DNA of 63,737 bases, counting the filler, from Octopus bimaculoides (Eukaryota), in NCBI RefSeq assembly GCF_001194135.2. It is 7 parts of 7 records of this genome, joined end to end, with 100 filler letters (N's around TTAATTAATTAA, not from the genome) between each part and the next. Parts side by side here need not be neighbours in the genome. Positions count along the whole stretch, not along the records: positions 13,234 to 25,282 come from NC_068994.1; positions 25,383 to 37,675 come from NC_068981.1; 5 more parts are not named here. One strand, given 5' to 3'. A program made the position numbers and the translations under genes. This document shows, piece after piece, positions 13,650 through 26,047 of this stretch (the first letter of the stretch is position 1; each line of letters opens with the position of its first letter). The notes below the pieces were generated by a model. That model had not been told where the DNA came from. It saw nothing but the letters and a program-made list of their open reading frames with translations, and made no database searches.

Positions 13650-14258
13650 AAACTTCAGATCTTCCCAAAACCACTATAAGTTGTAGCGACAGAATCATAT
13701 AGCGAAAGTGCTGCATTGGAAACTGTGCAAAAAGTGTGGACTAGATAGAGGGAAAACGTGATATGAGCACAAACCGCAGAGAGTGGCAGAGTCGAAGACT
13801 AGCAAAATATTCTGGGATTTCCCTAACCAAACAGATCAGGTACTAGAGCTTAACAGACTGGACAAGATGCACCACATATGTTATATAGTTGATGTTGCAT
13901 GCCCCTTTGACCCACGAATAGTCAAGAAGGAAGGCGAAAAGATAGATAAATACAACCCTCTTAAGTACGTAATGGCTGGCCCGGTTATGGAAAATGACGA
14001 AAGTTGAAGATAGTGCCAATTATTATTGGGTCCTTGGGGGAGAGTATCAGAAGGCATCAAGAGGAATATAAAGGAAATTGGAATAGAGTGCCCAATAAAA
14101 CTGTTACAAACGGTTTGCCTCCTTGGCCCGGTCAGAATAATCAGGAAAGTATTAGATAGCTGAAAAGAATGGATAGTATGGTACCGTAGGCTTCAGGTAG
14201 CAAGCCCGCTACGCATGTAAGACTCCAGGAGCTCCAACAAAACCTGTGATAAAGAGAA
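13650..14258 (+). mobile_element. 3' fragment of a second R4/Dong-type element (different subfamily)
   Basis: IAKVLHWKLCKKCG, KIFWDFPNQTDQVLELNRLD, CYIVDVACPFDPRIVKKEGEKIDKYNPLK, IVPIIIGSLG and IIRKVLDS*, then a 3' UTR ending in (AAT)n at 14259. Confidence 0.85.
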
Positions 14259-14517
14259 ATAATAATAATAATAATAATAATAATAATNNNNNNNNNNNNN
14301 NNNNNNNNNNNNNNNNNNNNNNNNNNNNNNNNNNNNNNNNNNNNNNNNNNNNNNNNNNNNNNNNNNNNNNNNNNNNNNNNNNNNNNNNNNNNNNNNNNNN
14401 NNNNNNNNNNNNNNNNNNNNNNNNNNNNNNNNNNNNNNNNNNNNNNNNNNNNNNNNNNNNNNNNNNNNNNNNNNNNNNNNNNNNNNNNNNNNNNNNNNNN
14501 NNNNNNNNNNNNNNNNN

Positions 14518-14559
<42 letters not shown>

Positions 14560-17020
14560 TTACGGAAGAACGGGTTTGATGCAGCAATAGAGCAGCTAAA
14601 ACAGAGGATCATGGCAAAATCCAGAAGATCAGAAGATTTGTGAATTATCTGTTCGAGGAGAACAGATAGTTCAAAAATAACTCGAAGCAATTCTTCCGAA
14701 TGTTAGGAGACAATAGGGAAAATGTTGCTCCTGAGGCAAATTAAGCCAAGGAATTCTGGAGCAGATTATGGGGAGACAATGTGGTGCATAAAAGGGATGC
14801 AATGTAGTTAGGAACTATCAAGACAGAATTACAAGGAGAAAAGAAACAAAGGAATATTGTTATAAGCGCGAGTGACGTGAAAGAACAAGTGGGTAAAGTG
14901 CCTAACTGGAAAGCCCGCGGACCAGATGGGATTCATGGCTTTTGGTTGAAGAGATGCCACGCGATGCATGAAAGACTAGCAGCCCAATTGAATGAGTGTG
15001 TCCAGAAAGGTACAGTCCCCGCGTGGATAGTCACTGAGAGGACAACACTTATAATGAAAGATAGAAGAAAGGGGAATATTTCTTCCTGTGAAAGATAGAA
15101 GAAAGGGGAATATTGTGGGAAACTACCGTCCCATAGCATGCCTAAACATAATCTGGAAGATAATCACTGGAGTATGTGCGGCAAAGACATATGCTTTCCT
15201 GGTACAGGAAGAAATACTACCAAGGGAACAAAAGGATGTAGGAAGAGTTCTCAGGGTACCAAGGATCACCTGGTCATCGATAAAACGGTTTTGGGGCATT
15301 GAAAAAAACATCATACAAACATGTCTATGGCTTGGAATGACTTTAAGAAGGCATATGATATAATGCCTAATTCTTGAATCGTTGAATGCCTGTAGATGTT
15401 TGGTGTTGCTGACAACATCACAAATTTTCTGATGCTTAGCATGAAAGAGTGGAAAACCAAATTGTACTCAAGTAATGTATTGTTTGGAGAAGTTAGTATT
15501 AAAAGGGGAATCTTCCAAGCTGACTTGATTTCTCCGTTACTATTTGTAATTACACTAATACCCACAACAATGACACTTAAAAAAGTTAAGATGGGTTACC
15601 AATGTAGGAAGAAAGACCCACCATTGTATTGAACCATCTTCTGTTCATGGATGACCTGAAATTGTTTGAAAAATCTGAAAAACAGATAGATTTCTTAATC
15701 AAAACTGTCCAGAAGTGTGGTAGGGACATCGGTATGGAATTTGGGATTACCAAATGCTCAGTACTTAATATGAAAAGAGAGAAGAGAATTACGGTTACTA
15801 TCAGGAAAGACTATGGCTGGGTATAGATATTTAGGGATTTTGGAGCTGGATGACATTCTACACAGATAAATGAAAGTCAAGATCAGCGAGGCGTATCAAA
15901 AATGGGTGAAGATGGTGTTGAACTCCAACCTGATTTCCAATATCTAATTACCGCAATAATGAATATTTGGACAGCTGCGGTGGTCAGATATAGTGCGTCC
16001 ATCCTCAAATGGATTAAGGAAGAAATATCAACACTGGATAGAAGGACGAGAAAGTTGATGCTGCTGCATGGGGCGCTACACCCTAAAGCAAACGTAAACA
16101 GATTGTATATGAAAAGAAAGAATGGTGGCAGAGGACTAATTAGTATAGACCATTGTATAAGGATAGAAAGGAGTATGCTTGCCGAGTATTTGAAAAATAG
16201 TGATGAAGACTTGCTGCAATATGCCGCGAAAGATATGGGTGTAAATGCAGATTAAATGATGGGCCAGGAAGATTTTAACCAAAGGGCTGAGGAGAAGAGA
16301 AAAGAAGACCTTCTTGAAATGAGAAGAGATGGACAGTTTGAAAGGAATGCACAAGACGTTAAGGATAATACAGCATCGTGGGCATGGCTTGAGTGAGATG
16401 ATTTGAAGCGTACCACCGAAAGCCTAATCACTGCTGCACAAGACCAGGCTCTCGCTACCAATTCAGTGAAGTATAACATCTATAAAACTTCTGACACCCA
16501 GAAATGCAAACTCTGTGGACAGAGTGTGGAAAATGTGAGCCACTTGGTAAGAGGATGAGAGAGCCTTGCACAAAAAGAATACAAGCGCCACCACGATAAA
16601 ATGTGTGTATCTTCATTGGCTCTTATGCCGTGAATACCAATATGAAGTAACAGAGAACCGATATGAGCATGTACCAAGTAAAGTTATGCAGGAGGATGGA
16701 AAAGTAACGATACTCTGGGACTATGATTTTCAGACGGATCGTTTAATCGAACACCGTCTGCCGGATATTGTCATGTTGAGTAAGAGAGACAAATACTGTC
16801 AGATCATTGATGTAATCGGAGTGTTGGGCTCAATCCCATTGCAACTTCAAGACTTCTAAAGGCAACTGGAAATTCCATGCAAGATTGATGTCTTGCAAAA
16901 AGCAGCTTTATTGGGCACAGCGCACATCTTAAGGAAAGTATTATCTGTCTGAGGTCCTTGTTGTAACTTGACAGATGACTAAAGACTCCGGTTCATTTTT
17001 ACCTACACTGTGTTACGAAG
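14560..17020 (+). mobile_element. 5'-truncated, decayed R4/Dong-type non-LTR retrotransposon (RT + CCHC + restriction-like endonuclease)
   Basis: Frameshifted fragments: KARGPDGIHGFWLK, NYRPIACLNIIWK, KRGIFQADLISPLLF, HLLFMDDLKLF, LHPKANVNRLYMKRKNGGRGL, CKLCGQSVENVSHLVRG*, ILWDYDFQTDRLIEHRLPDIV, KAALLGTAHILRKVLSV*. A short 3' UTR follows, then (AAT)n at 17021-17104. Confidence 0.9.
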
Positions 17021-17107
<87 letters not shown>

Positions 17108-17415
17108 TAGTCAAGACGAAGAACGCGATTCGATTGTAAGATATTCTATTAGTTGAACGATATTTCAACAGTACATCTGTCTTTGTCAAGTTCAAAATAA
17201 GAATTGATAAATATTCAAAATTACAGAAATTTAAACGTAAAGTATGAACGAGAGCAACCAGCGTCGACACGTTGATGGTTGACATCATCAGTTTTTAAGT
17301 TACAATTTTATAGCAGGCGAAAAGAAAAAGACAGAAAATAAAATAGAAAAAAGAAGACGTAGGAAAAAAAGGAAAGAAAAAGAAAGAATATTTAATCAAA
17401 TAGTTTTGCATAAAT

Positions 17416-17720
17416 TTAATGATATTCTCCTGTCATCTTATTCATTCCTTCAGGGCGTGATGTTAATAACCCGCAAACATATTTCTCCTCATACATTTTG
17501 AGAAGTGAAAGTGGAGCAGATTCAGAATATTTTCTGAGAATATGCACTTTCAAGTCTTCTTCAAAATTGCAGCCGCTTGAAACGAAATGTTCAGCAAGTT
17601 CTGTCGAACTACTGTTATTATGCCTGACGTCGAATCTGTGCCCGTTGTACAAGCAACATAAATTAAGTTGTGTTTCGTGCATTCTGCAGCTTACACCAAA
17701 TGGGAATCTTTACATGTTCC
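17416..17720 (-). mobile_element. Penelope-like element GIY-YIG endonuclease fragment (second family)
   Basis: LV*AAECTKHNLIYVA (GIY...YIG-like, one Tyr mutated to a stop). After a frameshift/deletion: NGHRFDVRHNNSSSTELAEHF...LKVHIL...EEKYVCGLLTSRPEGMN. Confidence 0.75.
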
Positions 17721-17731
17721 ACCTTCTGTAT

Positions 17732-17795
<64 letters not shown>

Positions 17796-17796
17796 T

Positions 17797-17994
17797 TCTA
17801 CTGAAGGCACAAGGCCTGAAATTTGTGGAGAGGGGACTAATCGATTACATCGACCCCAGTGTTTCACTGGTACTTAATTTATCGACCCCGAAAGGATGAA
17901 AGGCAAAGTCGAGCTCGGCGGAATTTGAACTCAGAACATGGAGACATGAAATACTGCTAAGCATTTCACCCGGCGTGCTAACGCTTCTGCCAGT
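17797..17994 (-). mobile_element. SINE family A
   Basis: Near-consensus reverse copy following a (CAT)n tract. Confidence 0.85.
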
Positions 17995-18671
17995 TCATAT
18001 AACGGTCTTGCACACTTCCCAAAATTCACTCAATGGCCGGCCGGGGCGGGGCTATGGTAGAAGACATTTGTGCAAGATCCAGCGCAATGAACCCGAAACC
18101 ATGTGACTGCAAAGCAAGCTTCTTAACCACACAGTCATGCGCCTACTCATTTTCTTCCACTTACGTCCATGCATATTCATAAGACACCATGACGTTAATC
18201 AGATATAAAACATAAAAAGAAATATGTACGTCCTCAATAAAGTGAAAATTCCAGATACAAACACGCTGGCGCGTATACACACACATACGCACGTATATAA
18301 ACACACACATACAATCACAGACACACAGGTACACTTCAACCTAAACACAAATACTATAATACACATTAAAGATTGTGTGGTCACGGATGGATTGTCTTTG
18401 AACATAGGTTTGCTTTATCAAAGCTGACACGGGTCTAAAACGTAACAAAATATCATTTATACACACCTAGAATAGTATTTTACGATACATGTCTCAATAT
18501 GTGACCCATTGTCACTCTTTCAACAATGTCAACTATGGAAAGAAATGGAAAGATATAAGGACAATCTTCAACATAATGAAACTGTTTTATGAACGTCTCA
18601 TAATGTATGAAGCTAAACAGAAATTAGAACCTTTGTACACGGATTCTACTAAGAATATTCATTCTTATACA

Positions 18672-19050
18672 TAGGCGCAGGCATAGCTGTGTTATAAAGA
18701 AGCTCACTTTCTAACCACATGGCTTCAGATTTAGTCCCACTGCACGGCACTTGGGCAAGTATCTTCTACTATGGCCGACCAATGCCTTGTGAGCGAATTT
18801 GGCAGGCGGAAATGTTTGTGTGTGTGTGCGCGCGCGTGCCACTTAGTATTTGTGTCTGTCTCCACTATCACTTCAAGATCGGTGTTGGTTTGTTTATGCC
18901 CTCAAAACAGCGATTCGGCAAAAGGGACCGGTAGAATAAGTACTAGACTTTTAAAAATAAATACCGGGTGTCAGTTCGCTTGACTAAATCCCTTCCAGGT
19001 GGTAACCCAACATGACCACAATCCAATGCCTGAAAACTGCAAGAGCTAAA
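18672..19050 (+). mobile_element. tRNA-derived SINE family B (CORE-like); other copies at 18003-18145 (-), 41763-41915 (+), 45610-45760 (-), 46592-46745 (-), 46845-46965 (-)
   Basis: Head aggcgcaggcatagctgtg-taagaagct...ccacatgg-ttcag-ttcagtcccactgc followed by cttgggcaagt-tcttctactat, resembling the CORE domain. An internal (TG)n is present. Confidence 0.75.
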
Positions 19051-19394
19051 ATAATAATAACGAAGTATTTATTATACAAGCAATGGGCACATTCTATGAC
19101 ACACAGATAGCGAATCTCTGCATCATCGATCACTTTGCTAGAAATGGCAGTCCGATCCTCTTCAAATAATGATTTGGTTCCTTGAACCATGCAGTCGTAA
19201 ATATACCTGTAAACGTCGAAGAATCACGACTGGAACGCTTTTGAATTTTGCTCAGCTTGCTCCAAAGTGACCAGGGGCTAAGCAACAACAACAATTCAGA
19301 TACATATATCAAAATACGTGCAGTCACATATAGTTTTTTTTTTTAAATAGACGCACAGATACACACACACACACATATGCATCCGCGCTCGCAC

Positions 19395-19465
19395 ACATAT
19401 TCATATAGTATTTCTCCCAGCCATTTTTCTCGCAGTATACATTCATCTATCTATCTTTCTATCTT

Positions 19466-19505
<40 letters not shown>

Positions 19506-19546
19506 CCTCGCTCTCTCTCTCTCTCTCTCCCTCGCTCTCTCTCTCT

Positions 19547-19594
<48 letters not shown>

Positions 19595-19910
19595 GTGTGT
19601 GTGCGTTTGCGTGTGTGTGTGTATGTGTGTATGTATGTATGTATGTATGTATATACAAAGTGTGGGGTTTAGTTCACAGGTGATCTAAACGATTAGGTAC
19701 GCTAGGTAAGTGCCATAACGGATTACTAGGGCTCCAAGGTTATAGCCGAGCCCTAGTAATCCGTTACGGCATTTACCTAGCGTACCTAACCGTTTAGATC
19801 ACCTGTGAACTAACCCCCCACACTTTGTATATACATATNNNNNNNNNNNNNNNNNNNNNNNNNNNNNNNNNNNNNNNNNNNNNNNNNNNNNNNNNNNNNN
19901 NNNNNTATAT

Positions 19911-19976
<66 letters not shown>

Positions 19977-20046
19977 GGATAGCGAGAGAGAGAGAGATAG
20001 CTGTATACTGCGACAAAAATGGCTGGGAGAAATACTATAAGAATAT
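19395..20046. repeat. Fold-back (long inverted repeat) element with microsatellite-filled arms
   Basis: Inner arms 19651-19734 and 19748-19832 (four substitutions, one indel) around a 13-nt loop. Outer arms 19404-19440 and 20003-20039 (one mismatch in 37). Confidence 0.9.
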
Positions 20047-20187
20047 AGGAGAGAGAGAGAATTATATGCACATACAGGCATGCATGCACACACATACGCA
20101 CACATACATACATACATATATGCATACATGCATACATTTCGCTACAGTCAATAAAAGACCTATAATGGCGGTGAGACTATATTTTAC

Positions 20188-20218
20188 CTGACGAGGTCTT
20201 ATAAGGCCGAAACATGTC
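20188..20218 (+). ncRNA. Minimal type I hammerhead ribozyme core (Penelope pLTR / retrozyme-like); stem I decayed
   Basis: CTGACGA-GGTCTT-AT-AAGGCC-GAAAC-AT-GTC: all core nucleotides present, a 6-bp stem II with G10.1-C11.1, a 2-bp palindromic stem III (ACATGT) and a GUC cleavage triplet. The flanks do not form a good stem I. Confidence 0.6.
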
Positions 20219-20851
20219 CAGAGTTGTTTCGTGCTGCTAAAGATGAATTCCACTCGTTTTACGTCTCTAATTAATATTAATTAATTAAATTGGCAGGCTC
20301 TCCCTCCCTTGTTTGTTTTGGCTAGAATTACTTCTTCGAATACAGATTTTTTCTTCTCGTTAAGAATGTTAATATCGATTTACTAAAATTTCTTGTCTCT
20401 CTACACCGTGTATGATAACGCCGACATTGCTATTCATATATAGGTATATCAGCCGTACATGTAAATACACGTCTCTCTACGGTCATACTATCACACATAT
20501 ACACACACTGACTCACACACTGACTCACACACACACACACACACACTGACTCGCATATAGCCAATACTGTCAACCACTATGTCAGATTAGGGCAAATATA
20601 GACGCCTTACTCATCCTTTTGTACATAGGAGTAATTAAAAAAAAACAAAAAAAAAACGAGAAAAACACGCCGAAAAGAAACAACATCGCTTCTTCTCCGT
20701 CAGTCACGCCTGCCTGAGATATTCATCACACACTTATCACGCATATCTTACTATCTCCTTCATTCATTCTCTCTCTCTCTCCCTCTCTGTCCCTCTCCCC
20801 CCTCTATCTATCTGTCTGTCTCTTTAATTTTATCACTTTCAGAATGATGTA

Positions 20852-20918
<67 letters not shown>

Positions 20919-21099
20919 CACCTGTTGTGAAGCTATATTTTTCGCTGTCCAATTCGGTCACACCATAGCTAGATAACTCTATGTCAATACTCGTTTTTTT
21001 AATTTTTACTTTCGTAAATTCTTCCATTTCTCTCTACTTTTCTCTCAATCTATATTTCGCAGTTTCATTATTATTATTATCATTATTTTTTATTTAGCT

Positions 21100-21150
<51 letters not shown>

Positions 21151-21585
21151 NNNNNNNNNNNNNNNNNNNNNNNNNNNNNNNNNNNNNNNNNNNNNNNNNN
21201 NNNNNNNNNNNNNNNNNNNNNNNNNNNNNNNNNNNNNNNNNNNNNNNNNNNNNNNNNNNNNNNNNNNNNNNNNNNNNNNNNNNNNNNNNNNNNNNNNNNN
21301 NNNNNNNNNNNNNNNNNNNNNNNNNNNNNNNNNNNNNNNNNNNNNNNNNNNNNNNNNNNNNNNNNNNNNNNNNNNNNNNNNNNNNNNNNNNNNNNNNNNN
21401 NNNNNNNNNNNNNNNNNNNNNNNNNNNNNNNNNNNNNNNNNNNNNNNNNNNNNNNNNNNNNNNNNNNNNNNNNNNNNCGTTTAGTTAAGCAACTACAGCT
21501 TAATCAGAGAATACCTAATCGAATAGAGGAGATTTTTATAAGACACAAGGCCGGACACTGGACAATCATGTACTGACCGGTAAGC

Positions 21586-21659
<74 letters not shown>

Positions 21660-22586
21660 ATCTATCTATCTTTTTATACCTATCTATCCCTACACATGTA
21701 ATCAATAATTTGTCTATGTGTGTTCGTGCATATGTGTGTGTGTGTGTGTGCGTCTGTGTGTCTGCTGTGTTTACTCTATAAATGCTATGCTTGTGTATAT
21801 ATTTGTTCTACTATTTATCTCTTTGCTTCTAATATTTGACACTTCAAATAAATTTGCCGGTCTTTACGTATCGAATTGTTTTGGGGCATGAAGAAGGGAA
21901 GGGGATCTCTGTTTGTAGATGGGACTTTTACTATAAATGTTGTCGGTCCAACAAACCATTTACGTTGTGCAGGTGAGTGTAGGACAAGGTGTATGTGTGT
22001 GTGCGTGTATATGCGTGGATTTGTGCATGAGTTGTGACAGTTGACACCATATATACTCAATTCCTTCAAAATACTTTTCGCTTAAGGTCGATCTCAAAGT
22101 CTGCATCTAAACTGTAGTAAATAGGGAGCTGTTAAGGGGGCTGTTTGTGTTATACACCTCTATACTCTCTCTATATATATATTACGTGTGTGTGTGTGTG
22201 TATGCATGTACGTATGTATATATACATAATACTCTTTCTCACTCTCTATATATATAATGGGCTTCCATGGATTGCAAAGCATCATCGAGTTTAATGGAAA
22301 ATGTATATTACGAAACTCCAGTCAACTCATGAAACTGTGTTGTGAGATCATTCATAGAAGGCCTGTGTATCCGGATGATGCAGCAAGATACATGCGTACA
22401 CACATGCATCCTCCCATCCATCCATTCATCCATCCATCCATCCAACCATCCATAGTTACATACATACATACATACATAAATATATGCATTCACATACACA
22501 CACGCACGCACACGGACACATGCATATGTATACCTTTGTATGTATTATATGTATATTAATGCATCTCAATGCTGAATGTGTAAACT

Positions 22587-23035
22587 AAGGTGGCGAGATG
22601 GCAGAATCGTTAGCACGCCGGTCAAAATGCTTTGCCGGATTTCATCCGTCTTTATATTTTGAGTTCGAATATAGTCGTGGTTGACTTTGCTTTCATCCTT
22701 TGCCGGTTGATAAAATAAGTACCAGTTGAACATTGGGGTCCATGTATTCGGCTTACCTCCTTCCACGAAATCGCTGGCCTTGTGCCAACATTCAAAACCA
22801 ATATTTAGTGCGGCGAGTCGGCAGAATGGTTAACATGTCGAGCAACATACTTAGCGGCATTTCGTCCGTCTTTACGTTCTGAGTTCAAATATCGCTGAGG
22901 TCTACTTTGCCTTTCATCCCTAGGGAGTCAATAAAATAAGTAGCAGTTGAACCCTGGGTTAACCCTTAGGTAGATGTAATCGGCTTACTCCCCCCACCCC
23001 AAATTGCTGGCGAAATACCAAAAACTGAAACTAAT
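22587..23035 (+). mobile_element. Tandem pair of SINE family A
   Basis: Heads aggtggcgagatggcagaatcgttagcacgcc (22587) and gcggcgagtcggcagaatggttaac (22809), each followed by a full body. Confidence 0.85.
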
Positions 23036-23054
23036 ATTTTACGTGTAAACATAT

Positions 23055-23097
<43 letters not shown>

Positions 23098-23275
23098 TTA
23101 CATACATATATAACATATTATACGTTGTTATGTACATATACCTGATAAGTATCTTTCTACACATAAACACATATATTATATGAATATATATATGTCTGTG
23201 TATGAGTGTATATATGCGTGTGTCTGCGTGTTATTGAATTATCACTTGGCGCTGTGTCGTTGAGAACAATATCAC

Positions 23276-23307
<32 letters not shown>

Positions 23308-23718
23308 ACAACAACAACAACAACATCATCATCCCCACTCCTACATTTGCATGTCATCACTAATCTTGATTTTGTTATTTCACCGTAGGTCAACCCTGAT
23401 CTAACACACCAGCCGAGATCATACGGTCTATATTTCCTTTCCAGACATACTATATATATATTTCATCCAATGTTTTCCCATTATCTATAAGCTGGGAGTG
23501 ATTCTTTCTGGGTGATTTATTTGCTATTTTTAGAAACTCTAGTGACCATGTAGAAGCTCTAGGCTCCGTCTCGTCCTTGGACCTATCTACATAAACAATA
23601 TATGTACTACATGTCAGCTCGCAAGTAGTCGACGAGAAATAGCAGCCAAGTGGCCATAGTGCCAAAATAAAGAGAAGAGAAATAGCAGGCAAATATCCCC
23701 CAACTCATACCTGACTGC

Positions 23719-23760
<42 letters not shown>

Positions 23761-25242
23761 GTTATATACCCATGTATACATACACACGTACATGTATACG
23801 TTTATACATACGTACATATATGCATTTATACATACATTATATGTGGGTGGGTGTGTATAAATATGTGTGTGCGCGCGAGCGAGCGCGTCTATACACGCGC
23901 ACACATGCATGCATGTATGTATGTATGTATATATATACATGCATGTATGTGTGGTTATGTGTGCGTGGTGGAGTGTATGCGTGCGCTTGTTTATGTGTAA
24001 AGGTAGGGAGAAAGCGCAGTGTTGTTGCGGAAATATTGTCGGTGACCTCGACGTATTGGTGTGTGGGCTAATTATCAAAGGCGTGCCAGCCAAGGCCATC
24101 CCATCGCGTTTTTTCAGATTTGCGATCTTTCTTTTGTAAAGATGTCACGTCTGGCTTAGCTGCTGTTTCTAGCCGGAGAGTCTCTCCCTATTTGTCTCAG
24201 AGACTCTAGTTCTTCAGTTTGGTTTCGATTCCATATAAGAATGACGTCACTAATGTCACGCACACAAATGCACACACACACGCACACAAACACAAACACA
24301 CACACAGACACAAACACACACACACACATACATATATGTATGTGTGTGTGTATAGGCGCGTATGTATGTGTGTATATATGAGTGTATGTGTATATATGTA
24401 TGACTGTATATATGTTTATACATGTATGTATGTATGTATGTATGTATGTATGTATGTATAAGTATATGCATGTATGTATGTGTGTGTATATGAAAGAGTG
24501 TGTTTATATATATATATATATATATACTTTATTTAAAAGCAGCAGAAATATAACAAAAAAAAATATATATATATATGAATATAGATACATATGTGCATAC
24601 GTATTTATGTTTTTCTGGTCTAATTTCTAAAACTTCTCACCAACGACAATAGAGCCAGTTTCTAATGCAGAAACAAGATCGAAGAGATTAAGGTATACAC
24701 TTCTATGTAAGTATTTCTAGGCACATATGTTCATATATGTATTCATATATCTATATGTGTTTTTATATACTGTATGCAATTGTATATATCTATATATGTG
24801 TCTACATATGCATCCATGCCTTGTATACATATAAGTATGTATGTATGTAAGTATGTTTGTACGTACGTATGTATGTTTGTATGTACGTATGTATGTATGT
24901 ATGTGTGTATGTATGTATGAATATTTACCTAGGAATGCGTGCAAACACGTATATATGTATGTATAGATGTTTATAGATGCGAATGTATGAATATATCTAA
25001 GTATGTATATACGTGTTTATCTAGTGTATAAAATGCCATATTTATGTAATATTTGCAAATTAACATTATGGATCAAATTTGAATGCATATAAAATAACCG
25101 AACATAGGTATAAAAATTTGTGTACAGCGTCTCTGAATATTTAGGCAGCTGGGTACATACAAATATACATAATGGACACATAAGCTTCAGGATTTGCATA
25201 TGTAAGTCTATACATGAATATTAATATACACATTCATAAATG

Positions 25243-25282
<40 letters not shown>

Positions 25283-25382
25283 NNNNNNNNNNNNNNNNNN
25301 NNNNNNNNNNNNNNNNNNNNNNNNNNTTAATTAATTAANNNNNNNNNNNNNNNNNNNNNNNNNNNNNNNNNNNNNNNNNNNN
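25283..25382. other. Artificial scaffolding linker
   Basis: 44 N + TTAATTAATTAA + 44 N. Confidence 0.95.
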
Positions 25383-25479
25383 TATAGACCTGTAATGTTC
25401 GCATGCTCCAAATTCTTCCTATTTCAAATTTTAAGGGATTATATTTTTATTGTTTTTCTTCTTTCTTTACGATCCTGGA

Positions 25480-25980
25480 ATCAAGCGGGCATTAATCAAG
25501 GCTGAAAAGCATGAGGACAGATACATTCCTCCTAGGTAAAGCTCTCATCGACTTCTTCAAGTTTCACTTGAAAAAGAAATTGAGACTGGAGAAGGAAGTG
25601 CTGTCCTCAAGTGAGTTTATTGAGAGGTGGGTGAAAGTTGCGAAAATGGCACGAGTAGATGGTACCTATCTCAGTATAGACCTGTAAATCGGCGAGAAGG
25701 AATTGGAGAGTGAACTTGCTCTTGGTGTTCAGAGAAATCTCGCTCAGTTGGGCTCATCAATTATCTCTAGAGGTCCTGCTCTATCAGGAGGGCTACACCT
25801 CTCTCATCCTCCCCAACGACCTTTTTTTAAACCATTGTATACTATGTAGACGTCGCTTCCTTTCCAGTGTATATTGTGTATTTTTTAATATTTTTTTTAT
25901 ATGTACACCCCGGCACATTATGGCTGTCTTTGTATTGCTCCCACCTCATCCTTCACCCTTGTGAAAAATAAATGAAATCC
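25480..25980 (+). mobile_element. 3' end of a Tx1/L1-like LINE
   Basis: GKALIDFFKFHLKKKLRLEKEVLSSSEFIERWVKVAKMARVDGTYLSIDL*, then an about 290-nt 3' UTR with AATAAA and a (TTA)n tail. The clade call rests on the terminal LRLE...F-x-x-RW pattern. Confidence 0.5.
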
Positions 25981-26047
<67 letters not shown>

